DNA of 64,000 bases from a virus (lineage: Duplodnaviria > Caudoviricetes), in the IMG/VR virus record IMGVR_UViG_2693430034_000001, positions 63,633 to 127,632 of that record, one strand, 5' to 3'. Numbering within the stretch: position 1 is the first letter of the stretch; the number at the start of each line of letters is the position of its first letter. The notes beneath the pieces are model-generated. The model did no database searches. It worked only from the letters and a program-made list of their open reading frames with translations, and was not told the DNA's origin. Of this stretch, positions 8,409-17,930 are shown one piece after another. A program made the position numbers and the translations under genes.

Positions 8409-9100
8409 CAGACCAGCTCGAAACTATCCTCCGCCGCGTCGTCCATCCTAACTGCGATGCAGACGTGCCGGCCCTTGCCGATCGCATCAAGGGCATGTTC
8501 CCCGGCTTCACCAATCTCGAGATGGAAGCGGCGCTGTGCGTGTGGGAATGCCTCAACGAATGGACGCTCGGCACCGAAGAGCAGGTCGAGGCCATGCGCG
8601 TCAACTGCGAAGAGCATTCCCACGAAGCGCTTCGGCTTGAGTGGATCGAGATGCGGGAAGCAACAGGGTCCGGCGAGATGCGCTCGCAGTCGATCTTGCT
8701 CGGCAAATGGTGCCTGGAGATCTACGACATCCTGACCAAGCGTAACGAGGACTTCTTCGGTTACTGGTCATACGACTGGGAAGTGATCCCGGCCATGCTG
8801 AAGCATGCCGTCTGCAAGGATGGCAAGGCCTCGATGTATCGCGGCGATTATATCTACGCCGGTGGCGAGCTGATCGACCCGCACAGCGCTGCCCAGCTGG
8901 TGGCGCAAGAGTTCATCCAGCGTGGTTTCGATGACGAGTGCAGGCGTGAGGCCGACAAGCAGTGGGCTTATGCCGACCTGGTCACAGACGACGCTGGCGA
9001 GCGCATGCGCCAAGCCTTCGAGATTGGCGAAGAGCCGGCCGCGTTAGTGAAGTGGCTCGGCGAAAAGTTCGACCTCACACCTGCATCCGGGTATTTTTGA
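8405..9100 (+). CDS. hypothetical protein
   Basis: Long ORF with ATGA overlap. Confidence 0.75.
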   Translation: MTDQLETILRRVVHPNCDADVPALADRIKGMFPGFTNLEMEAALCVWECLNEWTLGTEEQVEAMRVNCEEHSHEALRLEWIEMREATGSGEMRSQSILLGKWCLEIYDILTKRNEDFFGYWSYDWEVIPAMLKHAVCKDGKASMYRGDYIYAGGELIDPHSAAQLVAQEFIQRGFDDECRREADKQWAYADLVTDDAGERMRQAFEIGEEPAALVKWLGEKFDLTPASGYF

Positions 9101-9720
9101 TGACCGACAATATCAGCCTGTTCAAATCCTGCCCGTGCCCCGCGCGTTCACCATGGGGAGCCATCCAGACCAAGCGCGAACTGGCGCCTGGCATCTGGTC
9201 GGTCTCGACCGCGGGGCACGGCGGCATCAAGCTTTCCCGAGAACGAAACGCTGGTGTCCCGGACTATATGCGAGCCGAGGGCGGCTGGTATGAGGAAGAT
9301 TGTCAGTGGTCGATCGCAGCGATGATCTATCCTGGAGCTTTCCAGCGCGTCGTCCAGATTGATGGTCGGCCTGACAAGACCGAGTACGACTACGCTCTCG
9401 ACTCATTCCGTGGCTGGTACCCTGACGAGTACGAGAGGTTCTTCAACGTCAAGCTCCTGCCCGGAGAGTCGCGGAGCCGAGACGAGAGGATCTTCATCGA
9501 AGAGACAAAGGACAAGTTCGTCCTGCGCTCTGCTTGGGGAGACTGGGCGAGCTGGGTGCCAAAAGGCAAGGTCGGCGTCTGCGCAAGGCGGGCCAGCGAT
9601 GGAGCCGAGAAGTGGTTCCTGATCGGCGAAACCTACACTGAGCGACGTGCAAAGGGCATGCACGGCATCGTCATCGATCCATCAGTCGACACTGAAATCG
9701 AGAAACCGGAGAACCCGTGA
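9100..9720 (+). CDS. DUF7007-like protein
   Basis: SPWG...VSTAGHGGIKLS...GGWYEEDC motif typical of mobile-element proteins. Confidence 0.7.
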   Translation: MTDNISLFKSCPCPARSPWGAIQTKRELAPGIWSVSTAGHGGIKLSRERNAGVPDYMRAEGGWYEEDCQWSIAAMIYPGAFQRVVQIDGRPDKTEYDYALDSFRGWYPDEYERFFNVKLLPGESRSRDERIFIEETKDKFVLRSAWGDWASWVPKGKVGVCARRASDGAEKWFLIGETYTERRAKGMHGIVIDPSVDTEIEKPENP

Positions 9721-10187
9721 TGTCATATTCTTGCGTCGATTTTGTCGACACCATCCTCAACCTGCTCAACATCAAGGTGCCTTTGGAGGATCAGGATAAT
9801 CCGCAAGGACAGGCTGAACTGGCTGGGGCTGAGATCCTCCGGCTTCAGGCCTCCGACGCTGCCTTGAAGGCACGGCCGGCAACCTCAATGGAACGAATGC
9901 TCTATCTGGTCGCCCCAATCCACGATCAATGTCCCGTCGATCAGGACGGTGTGGTCATCCGCGACCTTTTCGTCTGGGCGACCGACGCCAGCGAGGCCGT
10001 CAAGTTCTGGCGGGAATATTACGAGATCGGCGACGACGAAGACCTTGAGGAATACCCGCTCGGCATGACCGAAAACGTTCGCGTCTTCGAATGCCCGATC
10101 ATGCCGAACGCCGCTCCGTCAGGCGCTGTCTGCTGGGGTCAAGTTCACTCTTACGGCGCAACCGTCAACGAAAGGATCGAGCTGTGA
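9717..10187 (+). CDS. hypothetical protein
   Basis: Coupled ORF. Confidence 0.7.
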   Translation: MMSYSCVDFVDTILNLLNIKVPLEDQDNPQGQAELAGAEILRLQASDAALKARPATSMERMLYLVAPIHDQCPVDQDGVVIRDLFVWATDASEAVKFWREYYEIGDDEDLEEYPLGMTENVRVFECPIMPNAAPSGAVCWGQVHSYGATVNERIEL

Positions 10188-10621
10188 AGAAGCGAGCGTA
10201 CATCACGATGACCCTGGCTGTTGATCTGGATATGGTTGCCGGCCCCTGGGACAAATCGACCGACTACACTGACGCAATCCAGCGTCAGTTCCACAGCGCT
10301 GCCTGCTACGATCCCGAGCTGACAGTCCACGAGATCATCGAGCGGAACTACGACTACGTCGAAGGCAAGGGCTATGTCCGCCCCACCGTCTTCACGATTG
10401 TCGATCCATCCCCCGCTCAACGTCTCGCAGAGGATAACGCGGGCACCTGGGGCGAACACCACACCTTCACGCCAGCGGACTGGCGAATGGACGTCGATAA
10501 TCACGACACCCGCGCCGGCTACTGGGACTGGGTTCAGGCGATGATCGAAGCGTCAGAACGTGTCGACGATCCCGACTATGACGACGACGGCAACCTTCGT
10601 CCCGGTGTCGACCATGCGTGA
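10184..10621 (+). CDS. hypothetical protein
   Basis: Coupled GTG start and a WGEH..DWR..DTRxGYWDWV motif. Confidence 0.7.
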   Translation: MKKRAYITMTLAVDLDMVAGPWDKSTDYTDAIQRQFHSAACYDPELTVHEIIERNYDYVEGKGYVRPTVFTIVDPSPAQRLAEDNAGTWGEHHTFTPADWRMDVDNHDTRAGYWDWVQAMIEASERVDDPDYDDDGNLRPGVDHA

Positions 10622-10874
10622 GTACGTCAATGCCAACTGCAGCAGCTGGAAGATCGACGACGGCGAGCACGACGTCATCATCCTATTCTTCTCTGGACCC
10701 AGGGGCGGCACGCAGTTCACCGGCAACATGACGCCGGATCAGGCCCGCCATCTGCGGGACAATCTCGACAAGGCCCTACTTCGGATTGAAGGAGCGGCGC
10801 CAACCGGCAGCATCGACCATATGCCCGACAACAACTCCGACGCCGTTGACGCAAACGGCAGTCCAACCTGGTGA
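10614..10874 (+). CDS. hypothetical protein
   Basis: Coupled ORF. Confidence 0.6.
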   Translation: MREYVNANCSSWKIDDGEHDVIILFFSGPRGGTQFTGNMTPDQARHLRDNLDKALLRIEGAAPTGSIDHMPDNNSDAVDANGSPTW

Positions 10875-10878
10875 CGTC

Positions 10879-11076
10879 ATGACGGAATACCGCATCAAGG
10901 TGGCGCGAACCACCATCGAGGAGTTCATCGTCCACGCCAACAATCCTGTTCACCTTCAGGAAAAGTGGCCGGACTCCATCGGAGTTGCCGATCCCGTCGA
11001 GTCCTACAGCGACGGCGACGAGCTTCTCCAGTTCACCGATGAGGAGACCGGTCACACGGTCGTGGTGAAATCATGA
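10879..11076 (+). CDS. hypothetical protein
   Basis: Small ORF in operon. Confidence 0.55.
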   Translation: MTEYRIKVARTTIEEFIVHANNPVHLQEKWPDSIGVADPVESYSDGDELLQFTDEETGHTVVVKS

Positions 11077-11258
11077 AGCTCTACTCAATCCCAAGCCTGA
11101 CGGAGCTACTTCAGGAGCTGCTGCACACCAAGAACTTCGCAACCGTCAGGTCCAACACAAATCGGGGCGTGATCGAGGTCTGGCAGTTCGACACATCCGG
11201 CAAAGTGTCGCAACGGTTTCTGATCAGGGTCGATAACGCCCCGGGCGAACCGCTCTAA
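11073..11258 (+). CDS. hypothetical protein
   Basis: ATGA overlap. Confidence 0.55.
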   Translation: MKLYSIPSLTELLQELLHTKNFATVRSNTNRGVIEVWQFDTSGKVSQRFLIRVDNAPGEPL

Positions 11259-11267
11259 ACCCTAATT

Positions 11268-11342
11268 GCTCCCGTCGTCTATCGGCTAGGACGCCGCCTT
11301 CTCAAGGCGGAAAGGTTGGTTCGATTCCAGCCGGGAGCGCCA
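11268..11342 (+). tRNA. tRNA-Glu (anticodon CTC)
   Basis: Acceptor stem GCTCCCG/CGGGAGC, anticodon arm CCGCC-TTCTCAA-GGCGG, T-loop GTTCGATTC, encoded CCA. Confidence 0.93.
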
Positions 11343-11368
11343 TCCATCACACACAAGGAAAATGAACC

Positions 11369-11770
11369 ATGAAACTGCACGCACTCTGTGCGTCGGCGGT
11401 AACGCTGATGCTTGCCCTCTCCGCCCCGGCCAAGGCCGGCAACGTCAACCGCGAGTTCATCGCTCTGGCAACCATCTCCTATGTGGTCGTCCAGAAGTGT
11501 TCCGATTACGAGTTCGTCGATAATGCCGCTCGGCGTGGCGCCGACAAGATGGGTGCCGACTTCGACACCTACGCTCCCGCAGCCATGAATGCCATCTTCG
11601 CCATCATGGACATGGAATACAATCGAGAGAAGCTGATCCCCGAAGTAACGCAGAAAGTCCGGTCAGACCTGGGCGAGCTGGCTGATGACCTGAAGAAACG
11701 GGGTCTGGCCGGGTTCTGCAAGCGATACGGGACCGTGATGGTCAGCATCGACTGGATGAAACGGAAATGA
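11369..11770 (+). CDS. secreted hypothetical protein
   Basis: Signal peptide ending in AKA, two Cys residues. Confidence 0.75.
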   Translation: MKLHALCASAVTLMLALSAPAKAGNVNREFIALATISYVVVQKCSDYEFVDNAARRGADKMGADFDTYAPAAMNAIFAIMDMEYNREKLIPEVTQKVRSDLGELADDLKKRGLAGFCKRYGTVMVSIDWMKRK

Positions 11771-11917
11771 GGGCGATCGGCTTCCTGGATCTGCGGGTGT
11801 TCGCTGTCTCAACCGCCATGGCTCTGGCATTCATCGGCATCGTCAGTCGCGTTGCGTTTTAATCATTGCTTGAATGCAACGATTTGTTATGCAAATATCC
11901 TGCAAACGGAGGTTCCG

Positions 11918-12118
11918 ATGGTCGTCTTTCTTCTGGGCAGCTATGCCCTGCCCTTTCCGCTGATCAAGCTGAACTCGTTCTCCTACACCCACACCCACCG
12001 CGCCCCGGATGGTTTCGCCTGGAAAGAGGACATGCACCTGAAGGTGTGCGTACCCGGCGCCAGGCCTGCCCGACTCCGGATCGCCAACGATAACCAGAAG
12101 GTTGCCGACCATGGATAG
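11918..12118 (+). CDS. hypothetical protein
   Basis: GGAGG RBS after an operator copy, C-terminal ANDN motif. Confidence 0.6.
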   Translation: MVVFLLGSYALPFPLIKLNSFSYTHTHRAPDGFAWKEDMHLKVCVPGARPARLRIANDNQKVADHG

Positions 12119-12677
12119 AGTGAACGCTTACATCGAGGCCGGCTCCGATTTTGCCAGGGCCGCTCATGCTGACCACAAGCGTAAGTTCACAGGCGAGCCC
12201 TACTGGAACCATCTGCACGAAGTGGCAACAACGCTGCGCAGCTACGGCGCCACGCCGGATATCATCGTCTCCGGATATCTGCACGACACGATCGAGGACA
12301 CCAAAGTTACCTACTTCGATCTGGTCAAGAAGTTCGATCGGAACGTCGCCGGCCTTGTGATGGAAGTCACCGATGTCAGTCGGGCAGACACTGGCAACAC
12401 ACCGGAAGGTGTGGGCAACCGGGCACTGCGAAAGGCGATGGATCGTCAGTTCCTGGCCGGTGCGTCCTGGCAAGGCCAGATGATCAAATGCGCTGACATG
12501 CTCAGCAACACCGCGGACATTCTGACCCACGGCGGCGGCTTCGCTCGGATCTACATCCCGGAGAAGAAACTGCTGATCGATGTCCTCGATAAGGTCCGCA
12601 ATGTCAACTATGCGATCTGGCGCGCTGCCTATGACCAGATCGTCCAGGCGGAAGACAAGCTCCGTGCCGCCGCTTGA
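12111..12677 (+). CDS. HD-domain (p)ppGpp hydrolase-like protein (small alarmone hydrolase, Mesh1/SpoT type)
   Basis: AH..HKRK.TGEPY..H..EVA, LHDTIEDT and IKCADMLSN motifs. Confidence 0.85.
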   Translation: MDRVNAYIEAGSDFARAAHADHKRKFTGEPYWNHLHEVATTLRSYGATPDIIVSGYLHDTIEDTKVTYFDLVKKFDRNVAGLVMEVTDVSRADTGNTPEGVGNRALRKAMDRQFLAGASWQGQMIKCADMLSNTADILTHGGGFARIYIPEKKLLIDVLDKVRNVNYAIWRAAYDQIVQAEDKLRAAA

Positions 12678-12963
12678 ACACGGCCAACTCGTCAACTTCG
12701 GCGGCACAGACTTCCAGGTCGAGGTCGTCTCACCAAAATACACCAGACTGGTGCCGGTGAGCGATCCTCTCTGGATGCTGCGCTTTCTGGCAACGTTAGC
12801 GCCACCCAAGGGTAAAAAGAAATGAAGCGCTTGTTCCACGCCGTGATGAACGGCATCTCGACCGTCGCCAACTACTGGTGGGCCGGTGTGATCTACATGG
12901 CTGCCGGCATTGACATCACCGAACCACACGAGGAGCGCTGGAAAGCAGAACGGGAACTGATCG

Positions 12964-13275
12964 ATGAAGATCAATCAGCCGCGTAGCCATGAGGACCAGC
13001 TGTTAGCCAAGGCTGCTGCTGGTCGCCTGAAGGCCCGGATGCAGCAACGACTGAAGCGATACAAGGTGACGCTGCAATGGCGCAGACCTGATGGCCTGCG
13101 TCCAGGCGGCGATCCCCACAACTGGCGTGACTGGCGAGTGTTCGCCGTGATCCCGATCCTCTTCCACAGCGAGGAAGAGGCCTGGGACTACATGAGAATG
13201 GTGGACATCTTCAAGAACACAGGACGCAAGGCATCAGCCTCGGTCCAAGCGGTTCGCATCGCTATGCATTCCTGA
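12964..13275 (+). CDS. hypothetical protein
   Basis: ORF in operon. Confidence 0.55.
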   Translation: MKINQPRSHEDQLLAKAAAGRLKARMQQRLKRYKVTLQWRRPDGLRPGGDPHNWRDWRVFAVIPILFHSEEEAWDYMRMVDIFKNTGRKASASVQAVRIAMHS

Positions 13276-13714
13276 TGGCTGCCTCGATCCGCTTCTTCCT
13301 CACATCTCTAACCTTGTCGAGCATCTGAACATGGCTGAAGGTCGGTATATTGGTCTTATCCGTGGCAACCCGCAGGGCTTGCTGAGCGAACTCCGGCGTG
13401 ACGTCGAACCAGTCTCCTGTGAGACGTCGTTTCGCCTTGTCGAGCAGGCCGACCGCCTCATTGAACAGCCGGATGGCGAGCATGTCGCCAGCGGTCCAGG
13501 CGATATCGTGGATCTGCAGCTCCTTCCAGCAACCCAGCTGTAGTTCCTGCATCCGGTCCTTCAGCTGCTTGGACCAGCCGATGCGCAGCGGCCGGCCCCC
13601 TGAAGGACCGACCGCATAGACACATGCGAAACCGAGTTCACTAAAAATGGCGCGTTCCGGCTTCGTATGAAGCCAAGGGAGTCCGCAAACAATCTCGGTT
13701 TTCTGCATCACCAC
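13262..13714 (-). CDS. GIY-YIG/T5orf172-like domain protein
   Basis: VYAVG...LRIGWS...RMQELQ.G...GDWF pattern. Confidence 0.65.
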   Translation of the reverse strand: MVMQKTEIVCGLPWLHTKPERAIFSELGFACVYAVGPSGGRPLRIGWSKQLKDRMQELQLGCWKELQIHDIAWTAGDMLAIRLFNEAVGLLDKAKRRLTGDWFDVTPEFAQQALRVATDKTNIPTFSHVQMLDKVRDVRKKRIEAAIRNA

Positions 13715-13806
13715 CCTATAAGCACATTATTTGCGTGAATGCAAATTTGTGCTTGCGGTTCCAGAAAAGCGCCATTATCGAAATGCAAATGAGATTGAGG
13801 CCAACC

Positions 13807-14283
13807 ATGACCATCTTATCCGCTGATCAGCTCGGCATTCTGAGCTTTGAGCACCGCGCGCTGCTTGAGGTCAGAGGTCTGTTCGCCAGCCATTCGTTCC
13901 ATCACGACCCGGACGTCAATCTCGAAAAGCCTGACGGCTTCAATATGAACGTCTCGTTCCAGCAGAGCGATTGCGGGACCACAGCTTGCATCGGGGGATG
14001 GATGTTCGAGGCGATGCGCCGAGACCGCATGGCGCCTTGCCACACAGCCCACGCCTACCTGACCTTTCATTCCAGCGACGCTCTCGGACCCCTGTTCTGG
14101 CCCTTCAAGAAGAAGAACGGCGCCGAGATGCTCGATTGGGCGGGCGACACCTACGATTTCCCGCCAGACCTGATCCCGCCGGCCTACGCGCTCACGGCGA
14201 TCGACAACTTCCTGGCTACGGGTGATCCCGATTGGCCCACAGCCTGCCAACTCACTCCGCAACTGGAGAAGCACTTTGCGTAG
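13807..14283 (+). CDS. hypothetical phage protein
   Basis: FNM...CGTTACIGGW...AIDNFLATG motif. Confidence 0.7.
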   Translation: MTILSADQLGILSFEHRALLEVRGLFASHSFHHDPDVNLEKPDGFNMNVSFQQSDCGTTACIGGWMFEAMRRDRMAPCHTAHAYLTFHSSDALGPLFWPFKKKNGAEMLDWAGDTYDFPPDLIPPAYALTAIDNFLATGDPDWPTACQLTPQLEKHFA

Positions 14284-14419
14284 CCCATTCATCAGCCCGT
14301 TCTTCGCTTTCGACATGATCTCTCGCTTGCTTGAAAGCAAACAATCCACCCCAGCTCCCACCCCGGACGCCGCCAAGAGCGGGGACATTGACCAAGGCGA
14401 CCACCCAAAGGAGAACTAC

Positions 14420-15298
14420 ATGGATCCCACACAAGGCCAAATCTACAGCTTCCAGCCGCCAGTTTTCGATGCGTCGCCTGTCGCTGAACAGCTTCAACCC
14501 GCCGCCGCGCCGGAAGCGCCGCTCAGCGGTGAAGTCCTTCCTCCTGTTGCGGATGCGTCGGCACTGGTGCCGCAATATCCGATCGGGCTGATCGACTTCA
14601 ATCTGCCGATCGTCGTCCTCGACAACGCCGATTACAACGAAGAGGAATACGACAACGCCTCGATCGTGACTGTTCTCAAGGGCAGCGTTCACCCGGTTGT
14701 CATCAGCTTCTGGAAACACGGCGAACAGTGCATCGCCCAGTTCGACACGGACGGCGACTCTTCCTGTGGCGACTACAAGGTTGAGCAGGAACAGACCTAT
14801 CCGCGAACGGTGTTCGTGGTGATTGGCCGTGACGGTCGCATCCTGAACGTCGACGAGGAGCTGTACGCCAGCGAAGACGCCGCCCGCGCCGAGACCTCCG
14901 TGGACGACATCGCCGGCATTTTCCCGCTGGTGATCCAGGCACCGGAAGCCACGCTGGCGGATGAAGTTGCTGGCGTGACCAGCCATGTTGCCGACGAGGC
15001 CTTCGTTGAAGGCGCCGACACCGATGACGGCATCGAAAGCGAAGAGGATGAGGACGAGGTCGAGGGCACGGAAGGCGCCGCGTTGGCACCTGCCCCTGCC
15101 CCAACCGCTCCGACCGAAATGTACGTTGCCGGTCGGACCCGTCATGTTGGCGAAACGGTTCACGCCTATCGCAACGGCTTCGGCACCCGCGTCTGCACCA
15201 TCGTGAAGCTGCGCCGCGACGCTCGCAAGTCGCTGTTCATCGACCCGAAGGATGGCAACGAGCCGTACTGGGCGCTCAATAAGAACGTTCGGTACTGA
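14420..15298 (+). CDS. highly acidic hypothetical protein
   Basis: AAGGAG RBS. Asp/Glu-rich body and a basic C-terminal domain. Confidence 0.8.
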   Translation: MDPTQGQIYSFQPPVFDASPVAEQLQPAAAPEAPLSGEVLPPVADASALVPQYPIGLIDFNLPIVVLDNADYNEEEYDNASIVTVLKGSVHPVVISFWKHGEQCIAQFDTDGDSSCGDYKVEQEQTYPRTVFVVIGRDGRILNVDEELYASEDAARAETSVDDIAGIFPLVIQAPEATLADEVAGVTSHVADEAFVEGADTDDGIESEEDEDEVEGTEGAALAPAPAPTAPTEMYVAGRTRHVGETVHAYRNGFGTRVCTIVKLRRDARKSLFIDPKDGNEPYWALNKNVRY

Positions 15299-15362
15299 TC
15301 TTCAACTGCGGCCCGTCTCCTTCGGGAGGCGGGTTCGCCTACAATTTCAAACCGGAGACATC

Positions 15363-15749
15363 ATGACCGACCCGAGACACAAGCCGGTCCGCATCGTCAG
15401 TGAGGCCGAGTTTGCCGAGCGCATGCAGCTGGTGCTGAGCGGCGGCCTCGAGAACATCGGTGCCGTCACTGGCCCTGGACGGTCTGGCGCAGTTGCCGCG
15501 GTATATGCCTCGCACATCCTTGGCATCCCGTTCATCCCCTACGGAATGCGCTGCCCGGAGCAATTTCAATTGCTGATTGTTGATACCGCCCGCGAGAGCG
15601 GACGGACACTCCGAAAGGCTGCCAAACGCTATGATTATGCTAATCCTGTGGTTGTTGTCGCGTTTGAAGAGCCGCCGCGCGTAGCCTTTTGGTACGAGGC
15701 GCCGAAGCCGCAACGATACCGCCACGAACTTCAAAAGGTGGCGGCATGA
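15363..15749 (+). CDS. minimal phosphoribosyltransferase-like protein
   Basis: GPGRSGAV and LLIVDTARESGRTL resemble the PRPP-binding motif. Confidence 0.6.
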   Translation: MTDPRHKPVRIVSEAEFAERMQLVLSGGLENIGAVTGPGRSGAVAAVYASHILGIPFIPYGMRCPEQFQLLIVDTARESGRTLRKAAKRYDYANPVVVVAFEEPPRVAFWYEAPKPQRYRHELQKVAA

Positions 15750-16039
15750 AGCCGAAGCTGTTGGCGCTGATCGCAGCTTTCCTCTTGACCGGCTGTAACG
15801 ATGACAACCTTCCCGAACCGCGCCAGGTCTGCACGGTCATCACCGGCACCTACAGCTGCGGAAAGGGTGGCACCTGTCAGCGATGCGGACAGTGGGAAAT
15901 AGGATGCCCCAGGCCGTTGGAGCTTCGACAAGTTCCAACCGGAGCCTACGACAAGGGAGATCCGCGACTCGTCTGCCGAATGAAGGAAACCAAAGATGTT
16001 TCGTCATCGACGCCGCTGGTGGAGACACCCTTGCGATAA
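15746..16039 (+). CDS. putative lipoprotein
   Basis: Lipobox LLTGC, Cys-rich. Confidence 0.65.
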   Translation: MKPKLLALIAAFLLTGCNDDNLPEPRQVCTVITGTYSCGKGGTCQRCGQWEIGCPRPLELRQVPTGAYDKGDPRLVCRMKETKDVSSSTPLVETPLR

Positions 16040-16214
16040 GGGTGAGCCGGCACAACGCGCCCTGGGCGCTGCATTCCGCTTCCTACTTGAGACTAAAACC
16101 TGGAAGCGGCACCACGAGCCGTTCTCCAAAACGAAACGTGGCCGGCAACGGCGGAGCGAACGGCGCTTCGTCCTCGATAGCAAAAGGCTGGTCCAGGCAT
16201 GAGTACGCCACGAG

Positions 16215-16937
16215 ATGAACTTGAACACACGCTTGGCTTTATCCGAACCCATTTCGATTGCCCCCACTGCAACTTCGACTTCGACGAAGAGGGCGACAAG
16301 TCCAGTGAGGTCATCGAGTGTCCTGCTTGCCAGGAAAAATTCTGGTGCCGAGAGGTTCGATAGCGCCTCTCTGGTCAAGCGTGGCAATGCCTGGACGGTC
16401 GCTGAGATCGAGATCATGCGGCGCAACCGGCACCTCAGGACATCTGAGCTGCAGAAACTGCTGCCGCCTCACCGATCGAGATTGTCCATCCAGGGCAAGC
16501 GCGACAGAGCGGAAGGCCTCGGCTACCGCCGGCTTCCGTGGAAGTCCGGAGAGGACGAGGAACTCAGACGGGCAGCTCCGACCAAGGGCGCCACTGCGAT
16601 CCATCACATACTGCCGCACCGGTCGCCATGGGAAATCAACCTGCGCGCAAAGGCTCTCGGCATCTCGCTATTCAACTATCACGAAAAGCCGCTCGCCATC
16701 ATCGGCGAACACCTGGCGGATTCGATCCGGCAGCGCGCCAGGGAAGACGGCTTGTCTATCCGCGGTCTCGACTGCGAGCTGGGCACCGGAGGCTACTTCA
16801 CCAATGTGGCAGCACATCGGGCCAGACGAGGATCTGGTCCGTACATGCCCGCCATTCGCAAGGCCATAGCGTTCTTTGAGGCTGAGCTTGTAACCGGTCC
16901 TGACGGGACCATCACCATCAACTGGAAAGATGAATAA
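16215..16937 (+). CDS. Myb/HTH-like repeat protein
   Basis: Two W(T/K)xxE...LP.RS...I repeats plus a C-terminal HTH-like segment. Confidence 0.55.
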   Translation: MNLNTRLALSEPISIAPTATSTSTKRATSPVRSSSVLLARKNSGAERFDSASLVKRGNAWTVAEIEIMRRNRHLRTSELQKLLPPHRSRLSIQGKRDRAEGLGYRRLPWKSGEDEELRRAAPTKGATAIHHILPHRSPWEINLRAKALGISLFNYHEKPLAIIGEHLADSIRQRAREDGLSIRGLDCELGTGGYFTNVAAHRARRGSGPYMPAIRKAIAFFEAELVTGPDGTITINWKDE

Positions 16938-17336
16938 CCATGACGACAAAGACCCGACGAAAGTTTCGCCGATCCACCTCCACCCTCGCCGACCTGTTCG
17001 ACACCAGGTTGGACGATTCGATCATCCTGGCCGACATGCGAGAGCGGGTGAGGCTCTTCGGCACCACGTCGCTGCGATTTGCGTGATGACCGCGATAACA
17101 TTCAGGAACCACGTCATCGGCCGGGTCGATAATCCCTTCCTCATCCTGGACAGCGGTATCGAGGTACACGGACCTGACCATGATACACTGCGGGCTCACG
17201 CCGCTGACGCCATGATGAAGGCGATCACCTCGGACGACAAGAGCGGATGGCCTCGGGGCCGATGGATCACCTTCGAAATCGAAGGCCATCAGTTCAAGGC
17301 CAAGATGCATCGCAACGACATCTGGGTGCAGACCCG

Positions 17337-17525
17337 ATGAGCGACACCGACGAACAAGCCGGCAAGCCTGTGCTCCACGCCAGGCTCAACGGCACCACGT
17401 TGCGAGCGAAGTGGCCAGGGAAACGCTGGCACGGCGCTTACAAGAACATCGACGAGCTATGCGACGCTGTTCACAAAGATGGGCTTGAGTCCTTCGTCAT
17501 CGACTACGTCGACAACGAAGACTGA
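17337..17525 (+). CDS. hypothetical protein
   Basis: ATGA-coupled ORF. Confidence 0.55.
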   Translation: MSDTDEQAGKPVLHARLNGTTLRAKWPGKRWHGAYKNIDELCDAVHKDGLESFVIDYVDNED

Positions 17526-17930
17526 GCCGATGGGGAGATGCTTGATGAGGTCTCCCCGACCAATAAGAAAAGTTGGCGACCGGGAGCATCCGGACTCGGC
17601 CCCTAATCTGCAAACTTTATCACTGATAGGACTACGATCTTGAGACTTCTTTGTTGGCTATTGGGAACCAACAACAATCAAAATAACAGGGACTTGTATG
17701 CACATCATAACCTTCTGCGGGTTCACGACGTGGATCCGCACAATGAACCCGCGTGACAGACCGCGAGTATCAGCGGCACTTTCCCGCTCAGGGATTTGAC
17801 AATTTGACTTGACGCAGCGTTTGCTTGAATGCAAAAGCTGACACGCCATCGAGACGCGGCGCCGAGATAACGGTTCCGCGCCTCACCAAGGGAAAGCCAT
17901 GCCTACCGGCATGTTTGAATGCAAACGGAG

